A DNA stretch of 64,000 nucleotides from an uncultured bacterium (GTDB taxonomy: Bacteria; Actinomycetota; Acidimicrobiia; Spongiisociales; ZC4RG35). The stretch's first letter is position 1, and each line of letters begins with the position of its first letter. The notes beneath the pieces are model-generated. The model worked only from the letters and a program-made list of their open reading frames with translations. It did not search any database and was not told the origin of the DNA. This document shows positions 8,914-18,030 of this stretch, in pieces. Location of the stretch: contig CAWBVW010000001.1 of NCBI GenBank assembly GCA_963792365.1, forward strand, positions 359,312 to 423,311, given 5' to 3'. Position numbers and translations under genes: made by a program.

Positions 8914-9807
8914 TCAGCTGAGGAACGACGCCAGCGAGGGCTGTAGGGACTTGGCAAGGGCGCTCTGTGCCGCCTGATAGGCCGTCTCCTGAATCTGAAG
9001 CTCCATGATGGCCCTGGCCATGTCTGTGTCCTCGGTCTCGGACAGCGCGGTTCTCAAGCTGACCTCGTCCGCCTGTGCACGGAACGCCGCCTTCTCGATT
9101 CGATTGGCCGCTGCGCCAACCGTGGCACGGGCGGTGAGCATACGGTTCATCGACCGATCGACCTGATCGATGGCCGCTCCGATGCCCGCTCGGTCCTGGC
9201 TCCTGAACGCAGTCTCCAGGTTGTCGAGCAACGTGAAGACGTCCTCACCGGCACTGAAGCCGAACACCACGTCACCAGTCACGTTCACCTTGACCACGTC
9301 GTTCTCCGACACCCGACGTGTCACCTCACCAGTGTCGCCCTGGTAGGTCCAGGCGCCGGCGACCTTGGCGACGGCATCGCCGGGACGGAAGCCCGAGAAC
9401 AGGGGGCGGCCGTTGATCTTGGCGTTGGCGAGGGACTGCACCGACTCTCGGATTTCGGCGATCTCGACGGCCATTGCTTCCATCTCGACTGATCCAGCGG
9501 TGCCGTTACCTCCGAGGACTGCAAGCTCACGCACGCGCTGGAGCTGTTCGACCATGGTCCCCATGCGGGAGTCCGCCAGTTCGGTCCAGAGCATCCCGTC
9601 ATCGGCGTTGCGCTGCGCCTGGGCGTTCGCCGCGAGCGCTGCGCGCATGCCGAGCGCCGTGTTCATACCTGCTACATCGTCACTGGCGACGTGGATGCGA
9701 CGCCCGGTGGCAAGATCGCGCTGCGATCGTTCGAACTCCCCGATGCGAGTGTTCATTCGCTGGACAGCGAGGTCGACCATCATTCGGTTGGTGATCCTCA
9801 TGTTCAT
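8914..9807 (-). CDS. flgL: Flagellar hook-associated protein 3 FlgL
   Basis: 297 aa. The flagellin-family N-terminus MNMRITNRMM...SDDVAGMNTALGMRA...LQRVRELAVLGGNGT and a C-terminal flagellin-like helix. Directly downstream of flgK. Confidence 0.85.
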   Translation of the reverse strand: MNMRITNRMMVDLAVQRMNTRIGEFERSQRDLATGRRIHVASDDVAGMNTALGMRAALAANAQAQRNADDGMLWTELADSRMGTMVEQLQRVRELAVLGGNGTAGSVEMEAMAVEIAEIRESVQSLANAKINGRPLFSGFRPGDAVAKVAGAWTYQGDTGEVTRRVSENDVVKVNVTGDVVFGFSAGEDVFTLLDNLETAFRSQDRAGIGAAIDQVDRSMNRMLTARATVGAAANRIEKAAFRAQADEVSLRTALSETEDTDMARAIMELQIQETAYQAAQSALAKSLQPSLASFLS

Positions 9808-9813
9808 CTCCCA

Positions 9814-11184
9814 TTACCTCCCAACGATGCCCATTCGATTGATCACAGTGTCGAGCGCCTGGTCGACGGTCGTGATGACCCTCGCCGCCGCCTCGTACAT
9901 CCGCTGGAACTCGATGAGACTCACCATTTCTTCATCAACTGACACGGCATGACTCGAGGACCTGGCGAGGTCGGCAGCCGACGAGAGACCGGCCTGCGTC
10001 TCCGACGACATGCGGGCGGTCGCCGATTCCTGTCCCAGGGCCGTCACAAACGTTCGATATGAATCCAGCAACGACTGCGTGCCACCGGATGCCGAAAGCG
10101 TCGATCGAAGATCGGACAGGCGTTGGGCGTTGGAGCCGTCGAAGGTGGGATACGGGGGTCCGGCCGACGATGCCGTCGCCACGTCGGCGGGCGCAGTGAT
10201 GACCACCCTGAAGGTGGTGGCGGGCGAACCGGCGTCGAACGTCACGAGCGGACCACCTGGAGCGCCGGCAGCCGTGAACCCGGCGGCGTGCGTGGTGTTC
10301 AAGGCATCGGTGAGATCTCTCACGAAGTCGTCGAGCCGCGTGATCATGGCCGGGACGTCCTCCGTGACCGAGAGCTGCAATCCGCGCAACTCACCGCCGG
10401 GGACCAGTGCAACGCCACTGGCATGAAGCACCTGCCCCGTGCCCTCATCGTAGGAGAGCGGACGGGAGGTGGACCCGTTCACGAGCGAGATACCGCCGAT
10501 CATCACCCTGGCGTTGCCATTGTCTTCGATAGCCACGCTGACACCTGCGAGCTCCGACAGACGGTCGAGCAGAATGTCACGTTGATCCATCAGATCGTTC
10601 GGCGAGCCGGGGGCGGTGGACGCGTCGAGGATCGCAACGTTCAGCTTCGCCACCTGATCCAAGGCGTTGTTGATCTCTTGGATGGTCGAACGAATCGAGA
10701 CCACGCCGTCCTGTCGAAGGGAGTTCAGTCCAGTACCCACAGCGGCTACTCGCCCGGTGAGCGCACCCAGTTGTTCGATGACGGCGACGCGGGAGGCTTC
10801 ATCGGACGGGTTCAGGGCCAGATCCTCGAAGGCGTCGAACACCGATCCGAGTTCTGCTGTGACGCCCATCTCAGGCTCGGCCAAGATCTGTTCGGCCCGG
10901 TCGAAGAACGACGCACGCGCTTCGATGTTGTTCCTCGCTGAGACACTCGACCGATACCGGGCGTCGAGAAAGGTGTCGCGCACCCGGTTGATGTCAGTCA
11001 CCTTCACTCCCAACCCGACCTGACCGTTGGGGGTCATACGGGGATACCGCGACGCCATGTCGACCCGCTGGCGCGTGTATCCGGCGGTGTTGGCGTTCGA
11101 CACATTGTGGCTGGCGGTGTCCATCGCGAGCTGGGCCGCTCGCAGTCCGCTGAGCGCAACATGCAGCGCCGAAAAATCCGCCAT
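9814..11184 (-). CDS. flgK: Flagellar hook-associated protein 1 FlgK
   Basis: 456 aa. N-terminus MADFSALHVALSGLRAAQLAMDTASHNVSNANTAGYTRQRV matches FlgK. The C-terminal flg rod/hook helix ...MVSLIEFQRMYEAAARVITTVDQALDTVI is present. Confidence 0.9.
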   Translation of the reverse strand: MADFSALHVALSGLRAAQLAMDTASHNVSNANTAGYTRQRVDMASRYPRMTPNGQVGLGVKVTDINRVRDTFLDARYRSSVSARNNIEARASFFDRAEQILAEPEMGVTAELGSVFDAFEDLALNPSDEASRVAVIEQLGALTGRVAAVGTGLNSLRQDGVVSIRSTIQEINNALDQVAKLNVAILDASTAPGSPNDLMDQRDILLDRLSELAGVSVAIEDNGNARVMIGGISLVNGSTSRPLSYDEGTGQVLHASGVALVPGGELRGLQLSVTEDVPAMITRLDDFVRDLTDALNTTHAAGFTAAGAPGGPLVTFDAGSPATTFRVVITAPADVATASSAGPPYPTFDGSNAQRLSDLRSTLSASGGTQSLLDSYRTFVTALGQESATARMSSETQAGLSSAADLARSSSHAVSVDEEMVSLIEFQRMYEAAARVITTVDQALDTVINRMGIVGR

Positions 11185-11705
11185 CAGAGCACCTCATCGA
11201 TGTGGGTGGGAAGAACGGCAGTCTGGCGACCACGAGTTCCGCTTGGTGTGTACGTACCGGCGTCCTGACTCCCCAGCAACGTTCCGAGCGTGTCTGAGAG
11301 GCTCTGCACTGCGAGCCCGGCAAGACGTCGATTGTCGAGCGAGGCCTGTTCGATCTCGGTGGTGAGCCGTCGGAAGTGATCCTGATGCTCCTGGAACATG
11401 GTTCGAAAGGGCTCGGGTGACCAACCGACGAGGAACTTCATGGTGATCCGGTCTTCTGGCTCGCCGATGGCATCCGCCAGTCGTTGCACCGCAACCCGGC
11501 GATGACCCTCTCCGAACCGGACGCGGTCCACGATCGCTTCCACCTCGCGCATCGCCTGCGGAAGGAAACGCGCCTCGTCAGCCGCAAGTACGAGGCGCGC
11601 CTCGATGAGCTTGAAGAGGAGGTGCTCGAGCAGCTGACGCTCGGCGTGAAGCGTCTCAGCGAGCTCGGCCAGCTGTTTGCGGTAGGCGATGCTCATCGTC
11701 AGCAT
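11184..11705 (-). CDS. flgN: Flagellar export chaperone FlgN-like
   Basis: 173 aa helical protein immediately upstream of and coupled to flgK (stop/start at 11184). Occupies the flgN position of the flgN-flgK-flgL operon. Confidence 0.6.
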   Translation of the reverse strand: MLTMSIAYRKQLAELAETLHAERQLLEHLLFKLIEARLVLAADEARFLPQAMREVEAIVDRVRFGEGHRRVAVQRLADAIGEPEDRITMKFLVGWSPEPFRTMFQEHQDHFRRLTTEIEQASLDNRRLAGLAVQSLSDTLGTLLGSQDAGTYTPSGTRGRQTAVLPTHIDEVL

Positions 11706-11807
11706 CCTGTCGGCTCTCGATTTGGTGAATAAAGGCTTCCGGACGGTTTCTGTGAGCCTCGAGGATGGTCACTTCCCCTCGCCGACTGCACAGCTATCGT
11801 CGGGGGG

Positions 11808-12377
11808 GTGACACGCGTTCTTCCCGATGACCCGGCGGAGCTCAAGAACCTCTTGGATGCGGCTCTCGACGAGCTCGAACGACTGAAACTCACCTTGGAG
11901 GTTGTCGGCACCACCGATCTCGACGCAGGGATCCTCAATCGGACCGGTGTCCTGGAGTCACTGGAACGCGGTCGCAGATGGATGGCCCGCCGCGGTGACA
12001 TATACGGGCTGGTGGTCGTGCGGTTCCCGCTGCTCCGGCGGCTGGACCCCACCGACTCCGGCGACCTCGATCTGATCCAGCATCTCGCTGCGACGATCGG
12101 GGCGGGCGTCCGCGAGGTCGACGAAGTGGGACGCATCGACGACCTCACCTATGCGGCGACCCTGCAAGACCTCAAGCCGGGAACTATTCGGGTCGTGGTC
12201 GATCGCGTTCAGACGCTTCTCTCCAAGACGCTCATGTCGATGCCCGATCTCGGTCACTTCAAGCTGGGTGCAGTCGAAGTGCTCAATGCCGGTCACACAT
12301 CGGGCACGGTCCTCGAGGCAGCGATTCGGATATCCGACCAGGCATCCATCGACAACCACCGAGTCGGTCAGCTGTAG
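11808..12377 (+). CDS. Degenerate GGDEF-domain protein (likely catalytically inactive; candidate c-di-GMP-binding regulator)
   Basis: 189 aa. GGDEF-like scaffold D.LTGL.NR (DLDAGILNRTGVLESLE). The GGDEF/RYGGEEF site is replaced by GRIDDLTY and the DxDxFK metal site is absent. Divergent from the flgN operon. Confidence 0.5.
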   Translation: MTRVLPDDPAELKNLLDAALDELERLKLTLEVVGTTDLDAGILNRTGVLESLERGRRWMARRGDIYGLVVVRFPLLRRLDPTDSGDLDLIQHLAATIGAGVREVDEVGRIDDLTYAATLQDLKPGTIRVVVDRVQTLLSKTLMSMPDLGHFKLGAVEVLNAGHTSGTVLEAAIRISDQASIDNHRVGQL

Positions 12378-12465
12378 GTCTCGGACCGGTCGGCGCCCTT
12401 GGTCGGTGCCGGCACGAAGATGCAGCCACTTGAGGATCGGCGGCCGCGGCCGACAGGATGCCTCG

Positions 12466-12711
12466 ATGATCAGATTGCACCGCATCCGTGGCGAGGAGTT
12501 CTTCCTCAATGCCGACCTGGTCGAGAGCGTGGAGAACACGCCCGACACGGTCCTCACGCTCTTCGACGGGCGCAAGATCGTGGTTCACGAGAGCGCCGAA
12601 GAGGTGGCTGAGCTCATCACCACGTACCGAGCATCGGTGTTGCGTCTCGCCGACGCCGTTCGAGGTGGCGAGAGGAACCTGGTTGCGTTCCCCGGCGGAC
12701 GCGAAGACTGA
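12466..12711 (+). CDS. flbD: Flagellar protein FlbD
   Basis: 81 aa from the ATG at 12466. MIRLHRIRGEEFFLNADLVESVENTPDTVLTLFDGRKIVVHESAEEVAELI closely matches FlbD (MIKLTRLNGEEFYLNAELIE..TPDTVITL.NGKKY.V.ES.EEV). Confidence 0.75.
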   Translation: MIRLHRIRGEEFFLNADLVESVENTPDTVLTLFDGRKIVVHESAEEVAELITTYRASVLRLADAVRGGERNLVAFPGGRED

Positions 12712-12768
12712 CCCTCGGAGATCCGACTCTCCCACCGTCGGACGAGGAGGCCGGTCGTGGGCCGGGTG

Positions 12769-14280
12769 TCAGTGCTCTTCAGGCCGCATGGTCGGAAACA
12801 GGATCACGTCGCGAATGTGCGACTGGTCGGTGAGGAGCATCACCACCCGGTCGATTCCGATCCCCAGGCCACCTGAGGGCGGCATCCCGTACTCGAGAGC
12901 CCGCAGAAAGGCCTCATCCACCACGTGCGCCTCTTCGTCGCCGGCGTCCTTGGCTGCCGCTTGAGCAATGAATCGCTCCCGCTGGTCGATGGGATCGTTG
13001 AGCTCGGAATAGGCGTTGCCGTACTCCGATCCTGCGATGAACAACTCGAAACGCTCGGTCAGCAATGGGTCGTTCCGATGCCGTCGCGCCAGTGGCGAGA
13101 CCTCGACCGGATGGTCCAGCACGAAAACCGGATCCCAGATCTTGTGCTCCACCAGGTGATCGAACATGGCCTCGACGATCTTGCCAGCACCCCAGGCCGG
13201 GTCGACCTCGACACCGTGACGTTCGGCCAGATCGGCCAGCCCGTCACCGGGCGGCCAGACCGGCTCCCCGATCACCTCGGACACCAGGTCGACGAGACGA
13301 GCCCGCCGGAACGGCGGCGTGAGGTCGATCGTCCGGCCCTGATACTCGAAAGCGGTGGAACCGTGGATGGTGGTGGCGATCGCAGCAAAGATCTCCTCGA
13401 CCATCGTCATGATGTCGTGGTAATCGGCGTAGGCCTCGTACGACTCGAGCATCGTGAACTCCGGATTGTGCGTGCCGTCGACACCTTCGTTGCGAAAGAT
13501 CCTGCCGATCTCGAACACCTTCTCGAGGCCGCCGACGATCAGCATCTTGAGCGGGAGTTCGGTGGCGATTCGGAGGTACATGTCGAGATCGAGTGCGTTG
13601 TGATGGGTTTCGAAGGGCTTGGCGAGCGCTCCCCCCGCCTCGGCGAGCAACACCGGGGTTTCGACTTCCATGTACCCCCTCGACTCGAACTGCCGCCTCA
13701 TCTCCGAGACGATCAGGGACCGGGCGACAGCAACATCCCGCGACTGCGGGTTGACGATGAGATCCAGATATCGACGCCGCGACCGCGCCTCGATGTCCGC
13801 CAGGCCGTGCCACTTCTCGGGTAGCGGGCGCAGCCCTTTGGCAAGCAGGAGGAAGTCCGTCACGCGCACGCTGAGCTCGCCCTTGCGAGTGGTCACAACC
13901 TCCCCGGTCGCACCGATTGTGTCGCCGACGTCGAGGGCATCGAACTCATCGAGGCGGTCGAACAGCGTGTCTCGCTGGGCCATCAGCTGGATGCGACCCG
14001 ACCCGTCCTGGATCGTGGCGAACACGAGCTTTCCGAAGCTCCGGTGGAGCATGATCCGCCCGGCGACCGTGACCTCCACGCCGGTAGAGGCACCCGCATC
14101 CAGGCCCGCGAATTGATCGCGCACATCGGCAGCCAGGTGGGTTCGCTGGAACCCGACGGGATATGGGTCGACACCCGATGCCTCGAGCTCCTTCACCTTC
14201 TCGAGCCGCCGGGCGGTGAGGATGTGCTCTTCGAGGCCTGAGCCTTCGTGGTCGGATTCTGACGCTTCGATGTCTGTCAT
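12769..14280 (-). CDS. lysS: Lysine--tRNA ligase (class II)
   Basis: 503 aa. N-terminal OB anticodon-binding domain and class II core motifs (...FRNEGVDGTHNPEFTMLESYEAY..., ...GGLGIGIDRVVMLLT...). Confidence 0.95.
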   Translation of the reverse strand: MTDIEASESDHEGSGLEEHILTARRLEKVKELEASGVDPYPVGFQRTHLAADVRDQFAGLDAGASTGVEVTVAGRIMLHRSFGKLVFATIQDGSGRIQLMAQRDTLFDRLDEFDALDVGDTIGATGEVVTTRKGELSVRVTDFLLLAKGLRPLPEKWHGLADIEARSRRRYLDLIVNPQSRDVAVARSLIVSEMRRQFESRGYMEVETPVLLAEAGGALAKPFETHHNALDLDMYLRIATELPLKMLIVGGLEKVFEIGRIFRNEGVDGTHNPEFTMLESYEAYADYHDIMTMVEEIFAAIATTIHGSTAFEYQGRTIDLTPPFRRARLVDLVSEVIGEPVWPPGDGLADLAERHGVEVDPAWGAGKIVEAMFDHLVEHKIWDPVFVLDHPVEVSPLARRHRNDPLLTERFELFIAGSEYGNAYSELNDPIDQRERFIAQAAAKDAGDEEAHVVDEAFLRALEYGMPPSGGLGIGIDRVVMLLTDQSHIRDVILFPTMRPEEH

Positions 14281-14316
14281 GCGTGGCTGGCACTTTGGAC
14301 GGTCGGCCGCCCCGGT

Positions 14317-15078
14317 TCAAGTCGAATTGCGTTCGTAGATGAGTCGCAGACCTCTCAGTGTCAGATCCTCGTCGACCTCGGTCACCGTCTCGACGAGCGG
14401 AGCGATGACATTCGCGAGCCCACCGGTCGCAACGATCGGTGTATCCGGCGGCAGCGTGTGTTCGGTGCAGAAGCGCCTCACGAGCCCGTCGACCAGGCCG
14501 GCGAATCCGTACGTGAGACCAGCCTGCATCGCCTCGACCGTGCTCCGGCCGACCGCGTGACGCGGGACCGCGAGCTCTACGCGTCTGAGCGCCGAGGTTG
14601 CCTCGACCAACGCCTCGGCGGCGACCCGAACCCCGGGAGCGATTGCGCCACCGTGGTACGCGCCGGCGGACCCGACGAGGTCCACCGTGGTGGCCGTCCC
14701 GAAGTCCACCGTTATCACCGGCGCGCCATACCGGTCGATGGCGCCGACGGCGTTGGCGATTCGATCTGCCCCGACCTCGCGTGGATTGTCGACCGAGATC
14801 TGCAGACCCGTCTTCGTGCCCGGCCCCACCACCACGACTTCGTCGTCGATCATGCGCCTCAGGGTGGCACGCAACACCTCGGTCGTGGCAGGGACCACAC
14901 TTGCGACGGCGGCGCCCGTCACCGCCGGCGCGTCACCAGCGACCAAGCCGTCGAGCATCAACTCGAACTCGTCGGTGGTGCGATCGACAGTTGTGATCCT
15001 CCAACGACGAATCAGGCGATGGTCGTCGAACAGCCCGAACACGGAGGTGCTGTTCCCGATGTCGGCGACCAGCAGCAT
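14317..15078 (-). CDS. coaX: Type III pantothenate kinase
   Basis: 253 aa. MLLVADIGNSTSVFGLF... and the ASKHA-fold motifs of CoaX. Overlaps the panC stop by 1 nt. Confidence 0.9.
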   Translation of the reverse strand: MLLVADIGNSTSVFGLFDDHRLIRRWRITTVDRTTDEFELMLDGLVAGDAPAVTGAAVASVVPATTEVLRATLRRMIDDEVVVVGPGTKTGLQISVDNPREVGADRIANAVGAIDRYGAPVITVDFGTATTVDLVGSAGAYHGGAIAPGVRVAAEALVEATSALRRVELAVPRHAVGRSTVEAMQAGLTYGFAGLVDGLVRRFCTEHTLPPDTPIVATGGLANVIAPLVETVTEVDEDLTLRGLRLIYERNST

Positions 15079-15950
15079 CAGTTCGCGTCCTCGCGATGGA
15101 TGCCGCGATCGGGCCGGAAGTGCCCCTCGACGACGTCGAAGGCCACGTTGTCGATCAGTCTCGTCGCGCCGACCCGGGCCGCGACGGCCAGGAAGGCGGG
15201 GCGATCGAGATGGTCGAGTTTCGAGGCGTCCGACTGTGCTGCCAGCTCGACATAATCGATCGCATCCACGTCGAGCAGGTGGTCACGAGCTGCCGATTCG
15301 AGCACGCTCGCCGTCCGCTCGCCGGCATCGACCAGGTCGGCGGCCACCATCAGGCCGCTCGACAGACCCAGTGCACGTCGGCGTTCCTCATCCGACAGGA
15401 AGACGTTGCGGCTGCTGAGCGCCAATCCGTCGGCATCACGAACCGTCGAGCATGGAACCACCGCGACCGGAAAGTCGAGATCGGCGGCCATCGTCGAGAT
15501 CACCGCCACCTGTTGGGCGTCCTTCCGGCCGAAGAAGGCCAGGTCGGGCTGCAGCCCTGCAAACAGCTTCGCCACCACGGTAGCCACGCCGTCGAAGTGC
15601 CCTGGCCGCTGGGGCCCTTCCATGCGATCCACGACCTCGCTCACCGAGACCGTCGTTCTGGAGGGTCGCGGATACATGACCTCGACCGAGGGCACGAACG
15701 CCACGTCCGCCCCCGCCTGCCGCGAGATCTCCAGATCGGCTTCGATGGGCCGGGGGTATCGGTCGAGGTCGCCCGGGTCATCGAACTGGAGTGGATTGAC
15801 GAAAATCGACACGATCAGAGTGTCGACCCGTGCTCTCGCGGCGTCGAGTAGCGATCGGTGTCCGGCGTGAAGGGCACCCATCGTCGCCACCAGGCCCACC
15901 GTGCCCCGGTGCTGGGCCCGGGCTTCGTCGAAGGTCCGGACCTGTTTCAC
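15078..15950 (-). CDS. panC: Pantoate--beta-alanine ligase
   Basis: 290 aa. The motif GLVATMGALHAGHRSLL... (HIGH-like) and the PanC core. Confidence 0.95.
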   Translation of the reverse strand: MKQVRTFDEARAQHRGTVGLVATMGALHAGHRSLLDAARARVDTLIVSIFVNPLQFDDPGDLDRYPRPIEADLEISRQAGADVAFVPSVEVMYPRPSRTTVSVSEVVDRMEGPQRPGHFDGVATVVAKLFAGLQPDLAFFGRKDAQQVAVISTMAADLDFPVAVVPCSTVRDADGLALSSRNVFLSDEERRRALGLSSGLMVAADLVDAGERTASVLESAARDHLLDVDAIDYVELAAQSDASKLDHLDRPAFLAVAARVGATRLIDNVAFDVVEGHFRPDRGIHREDAN

Positions 15951-16768
15951 GATCGAGACCTGAGCAACCGGTCGAACACCTCGTAGTGGCGCGTGAGGCG
16001 GGCTGTGGCGTCCACCATCGACGCATAGACAGGTGCCAGCGCCGGCGATGCTGCCTCGACGGCATCGAGCTGGCCCGCAACCGTGCCCACGTCCCCCCGC
16101 GCGATCGGGCCGGTCAGCGCGTCCATGGCGCCCAGCTCGTAGCCGTTGGCAACCGACGTGTTCGTGAGGGCACGATATGCCTCCGGTGGCACCCCCGCCA
16201 AGGAGCCGAGCTTCGAGGCGAGAACGAGCGACGCGTTCACGAAGTTGGAAGCGGCCGCGGCAGCAGCGTGATGCAGCGGTTTCAGGCTGTCTTCGAGATC
16301 GAGCGGGGTCATACCGATCGACGCGGCCAGACCTCGAAGGACCTCCAGGGTCGATGGATCACCGGTGAGCGCGGCGAACGAACCAGCCAGTGACGACGAA
16401 CCCGGGTCCGGATCCGGCAGACTCTGCACCGGATGAAACGATCCGATGCCGAGGTCCGCCGATCGAAGCGGTGACAGCGCTTCAACCGTGGTGAAACCGC
16501 TGAGATGACAAACGTGCCTCACCGACGCGACCCGCCCGACGAGCTCGTGGGCAACCGACTCGATGGCGTCGTCACGGACGGCCACGAGGACCAGGTCCGC
16601 AGCGGGCAACGGCCCGCTCACCAGCGGAATCCCCACGAGCGGCGCAGGAACGAAGCCCGACGGCCCGGCCACGATCCCGACGATTTGGTGTCCCGCTCGC
16701 TGGGCGGCGAGCGCCATCGACCCTCCAGCCCGCCCGGGCCCGACTACCACTATCCGCAGCGCTCTCAT
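15947..16768 (-). CDS. Rossmann-fold NAD(P)-binding protein, DUF2520-like
   Basis: From the internal ATG at 16768 it reads MRALRIVVVGPGRAGGSMALAAQRAGHQIVGIV... (GxGxxG). Position upstream of panC matches the Rv3603c-type gene in mycobacteria. The longer 350-aa ORF-track version has a Ser/Arg/Pro-rich N-terminus and is unlikely. Confidence 0.55.
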   Translation of the reverse strand: MRALRIVVVGPGRAGGSMALAAQRAGHQIVGIVAGPSGFVPAPLVGIPLVSGPLPAADLVLVAVRDDAIESVAHELVGRVASVRHVCHLSGFTTVEALSPLRSADLGIGSFHPVQSLPDPDPGSSSLAGSFAALTGDPSTLEVLRGLAASIGMTPLDLEDSLKPLHHAAAAAASNFVNASLVLASKLGSLAGVPPEAYRALTNTSVANGYELGAMDALTGPIARGDVGTVAGQLDAVEAASPALAPVYASMVDATARLTRHYEVFDRLLRSRS

Positions 16769-16811
16769 ATCTTCGCACGAGCGTAGTGAGCGCAGTGGAA
16801 CCGGAGGTATC

Positions 16812-17486
16812 GTGGACATCGAGGGCAGGAGTTTCCTCATCGCCGGCGCATCAGGCGGGCTCGGTGGTGCCATCGCAACGGAGCTCGATGGGCGAGGCGC
16901 CAACCTTGTACTCACTGGTCGCGATCGTGAACGGCTGGCAAGGGTCCCGGTCGAGGCAGAGCGGTTCACCATCGATCTACGGCTCCCGGAAGCGGCCACT
17001 CAGGCAGTGGAGCGGGCACACGCCGTCCACGGGCGCCTCGATGGCGTGATCAACGCAGCGGGAGTGGTCGCCTTCGGGTGGTCCGCGGCTACGGACCCAG
17101 ACACCGTCGAGGAGCTGTTCCTCACGAACACGTTCCTCCCCATCTTCCTGTTCGACGCGGCGGCGCGGGCGATGTCAGAGGGCGGGGTGCTCGTGAACCT
17201 CAGTGGCCTCGTCGCAGAGCGTCCGACTGCCGGCATGGCGGCCTATTCCGCGTCGAAGGCGGCGATCGCCGCCCACCTGGTGGCGCTGCGCAAGGAACTC
17301 AGACGACAACGGATTGCCGTGATCGATGCTCGTCCCGGGCACACCGAAACGGACCTGTCACATCACCCGCTCGCCGGATCCGCTCCCCGGCTGAGCGACG
17401 GCATCGATCCTGCCGCGGTGGCCCGTCGCATCGGCGACGCCATCGCGGCGGACGAGGAAGACCTGGGTCCAGACGCCTTCGAGTGA
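16812..17486 (+). CDS. SDR family oxidoreductase
   Basis: GTG at 16812. FLIAGASGGLGGAIATEL (TGxxxGxG), the catalytic YSASKAA, and NAAG. Confidence 0.8.
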   Translation: MDIEGRSFLIAGASGGLGGAIATELDGRGANLVLTGRDRERLARVPVEAERFTIDLRLPEAATQAVERAHAVHGRLDGVINAAGVVAFGWSAATDPDTVEELFLTNTFLPIFLFDAAARAMSEGGVLVNLSGLVAERPTAGMAAYSASKAAIAAHLVALRKELRRQRIAVIDARPGHTETDLSHHPLAGSAPRLSDGIDPAAVARRIGDAIAADEEDLGPDAFE

Positions 17487-17506
17487 ACGACGCCGTCAGC
17501 CGGCCG

Positions 17507-17836
17507 TCACCACTCCTCGACTGGCTCCTGCTGCTCCAGCCACTGCGCATCCATGCGAGCACGCATGTCGCGGTAGGAGTCGCGTCGCTTCCAGAACTTC
17601 GTCTTCCAGACCTTGAAGCGCCTGCTCTGAACGGGCAGCTGTTCGAGCGGCTCGTGTTCGTGGGTCCGCTTCACCTGCGGCAATGGGTCTAGCTCATCGG
17701 GATCCGAAAGAGTGTGCAACATCTGGTTTGCGGTGTGGCGAGCACGACGGTGCTCGAGCCTGCGCTCTTCACGGCTTGGACGGACGTCGTCGTAGCCGCG
17801 GTTGACGGTGCGGTTTTCACGGGATCGGCGGGCCAT
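17507..17836 (-). CDS. Hypothetical basic protein (~110 aa)
   Basis: ORF from ATG at 17836 (MARRSRENRTVN...). Highly charged (KVWKTKFWKRRDSYRDMRARMDAQW); no recognisable domain. Confidence 0.3.
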   Translation of the reverse strand: MARRSRENRTVNRGYDDVRPSREERRLEHRRARHTANQMLHTLSDPDELDPLPQVKRTHEHEPLEQLPVQSRRFKVWKTKFWKRRDSYRDMRARMDAQWLEQQEPVEEW

Positions 17837-17958
17837 GGACACTCCTGGGATCGACGTTGGTGGACCTGGTCGACGGTCACTCGATCGGAGGAGCTCGCTC
17901 CATCTCTGACAACGTACCACTTCCGCTCACCGTATGAAGGGTCCATCGTCACCGGCTG

Positions 17959-18010
17959 CCCCCGGACCGGTTTTCGCGCACAAAAGGTGCGTGAATACGC
18001 ACCTTTTGTG
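17959..18010. repeat. Perfect 24-bp inverted repeat with a 4-nt loop (GGTTTTCGCGCACAAAAGGTGCGT-gaat-ACGCACCTTTTGTGCGCGAAAACC)
   Basis: Read directly from the sequence. The right arm is the exact reverse complement of the left arm. Lies in the 110-bp gap between two minus-strand genes. Confidence 0.9.
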
Positions 18011-18030
18011 CGCGAAAACCCGTGTCTGGG

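Noticed and set aside
11706-11807. Sigma-28 (FliA) promoter TAAA-N15-GCCGATAA upstream of flgN and of the FlgN paralog
   Set aside because: Only partial matches (GCCGACAG adjacent to the ATG, no credible -35 TAAA at the right spacing). The GCCGACAGG motif more likely belongs to the ribosome-binding region duplicated with the paralogs.
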